Shown here piece after piece: positions 54,566 through 55,191 of a DNA stretch of 55,191 bases. Position numbers and translations under genes: made by a program. The notes beneath the pieces are model-generated. The model was not told where the DNA came from, searched no databases, and worked only from the letters and a program-made list of their open reading frames with translations. The stretch is taken from positions 1 through 55,191 of the forward strand of contig JBBKWS010000014.1 of assembly GCA_037969075.1 (NCBI GenBank), written 5' to 3'. Every line of letters begins with the position of its first letter. Position 1 is the first letter of the stretch. This DNA comes from Bdellovibrionales bacterium (lineage in GTDB: Bacteria > Bdellovibrionota > Bdellovibrionia > Bdellovibrionales > UBA840).

Positions 54566-55191
54566 ATGGGATCAAAGCTACTTTTATCAGCACTGACTTT
54601 TTTCGTAGTATCAACATCACACGCAAAAGCTATCGAATTCACTGTGATGTCTTATAATGTAGAAAATTTATTTGATACGCTCCACGATGAAGGAAAAGCC
54701 GACTACGCCTACCTTCCTCTTGCTGTAAAAAGAAATATGCCTGAAGCTATGGAGCATTGTCGCAATGAAAGAATCCCCCCATATAGAACGCAGTGCTTTA
54801 ATCAAGATTGGAATGAGTCAGTACTAAATACTAAAATTCAAAATATTTCTGAAGTAATCAAAGCTTTTGATAAGGGTCAAAGGCCCGACATTTTGGTAGT
54901 ACAAGAGGTTGAGAATTTAAATGTCTTAAATATGCTAAACGAAAAAGGTGGCTTGGGTTACCAAACAGTCGTTCTTATTGAAGGTGATGACCAAAGAGGT
55001 ATTGATGTTGGTATTTTATCAAAATACCCTCTCGCTGGAGAACCAAAGATACACTATATAGATAAATCGAGAAAAATAAAAACTCGTGGCATTTTAGAGG
55101 CCAGATTTCATGTAAATGATAAAATCGTTGCTGTATTTGCCAATCATTGGCCATCACAAAGTAATCCTGATGAATTAAGAAGCCTTGCTGC
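54566..55191 (+). CDS. secreted endonuclease/exonuclease/phosphatase (EEP) family protein, 3'-truncated by the window end
   Basis: Not in the ORF track because no stop falls within the window. SD AGGGGGaatacaaATG. Signal peptide MGSKLLLSALTFFVVSTSHA|KA. Carries FTVMSYNVENLF, DILVVQEVEN and AVFANHWPS motifs. Confidence 0.75.
   Translation, partial: MGSKLLLSALTFFVVSTSHAKAIEFTVMSYNVENLFDTLHDEGKADYAYLPLAVKRNMPEAMEHCRNERIPPYRTQCFNQDWNESVLNTKIQNISEVIKAFDKGQRPDILVVQEVENLNVLNMLNEKGGLGYQTVVLIEGDDQRGIDVGILSKYPLAGEPKIHYIDKSRKIKTRGILEARFHVNDKIVAVFANHWPSQSNPDELRSLA

Noticed and set aside
1-55191. Search for tRNA/rRNA genes, CRISPR arrays, IS/transposase or integrase genes, prophage or recognisable defence systems
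   Set aside because: I saw no GGTTCGAATCC-type T-arm in intergenic DNA, no spaced direct-repeat arrays, no transposase, integrase or recombinase motifs, and no helicase, nuclease or ATPase defence-type gene clusters in any of the six frames.

Overview
This is an AT-rich, very tightly packed bacterial chromosomal segment. I support about 55 protein-coding genes and found no rRNA, tRNA, CRISPR array, IS element or prophage by eye.

Recognisable housekeeping genes:
- Nucleic acid and translation: rnhA, orn, greB, map, an rlmI-like methyltransferase and a RluA-family pseudouridine synthase.
- Metabolism: ahcY, pyrC, udk, upp, mmsA and a class-3 aldehyde dehydrogenase.
- Transport and stress: kup, a cold-shock protein, an MscS-family channel, an MsbA-like ABC exporter and a tesA-ybbA-ybbP-like module.

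These are interleaved with many signal-peptide or lipoprotein genes of unknown function. Several of those carry hydrolase-like signatures: an SLT lytic transglycosylase, an SH3b + Cys-His peptidase, an M14 carboxypeptidase, deamidase-like proteins and an EEP nuclease. The gene content and the large secretome suggest a proteobacterial-type, possibly predatory (Bdellovibrio-like) organism. That attribution is low-confidence inference.

Most interesting observations:
1. An orphan, highly divergent SecY-like membrane protein fused to a DUF2007-like tail (12594-13931).
2. A compact mmsA / URC1-like GTP cyclohydrolase II / URC4 (DUF1688) / upp / udk operon that looks like a bacterial URC-type pyrimidine degradation module (18528-23739).
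3. A textbook sigma-54 promoter in front of the lytic transglycosylase.
4. Sigma-28-like and leaderless promoter architectures.
5. A 12-bp perfect hairpin that sequesters the Shine-Dalgarno sequence of the MscS gene.
6. An SH3b-peptidase with an overlapping small secreted partner, a possible effector/immunity pair.
7. Nine convergent gene pairs with a gap of 5 nt or less, or with overlapping 3' ends.

All family calls come from by-eye motif recognition. No database search was run.
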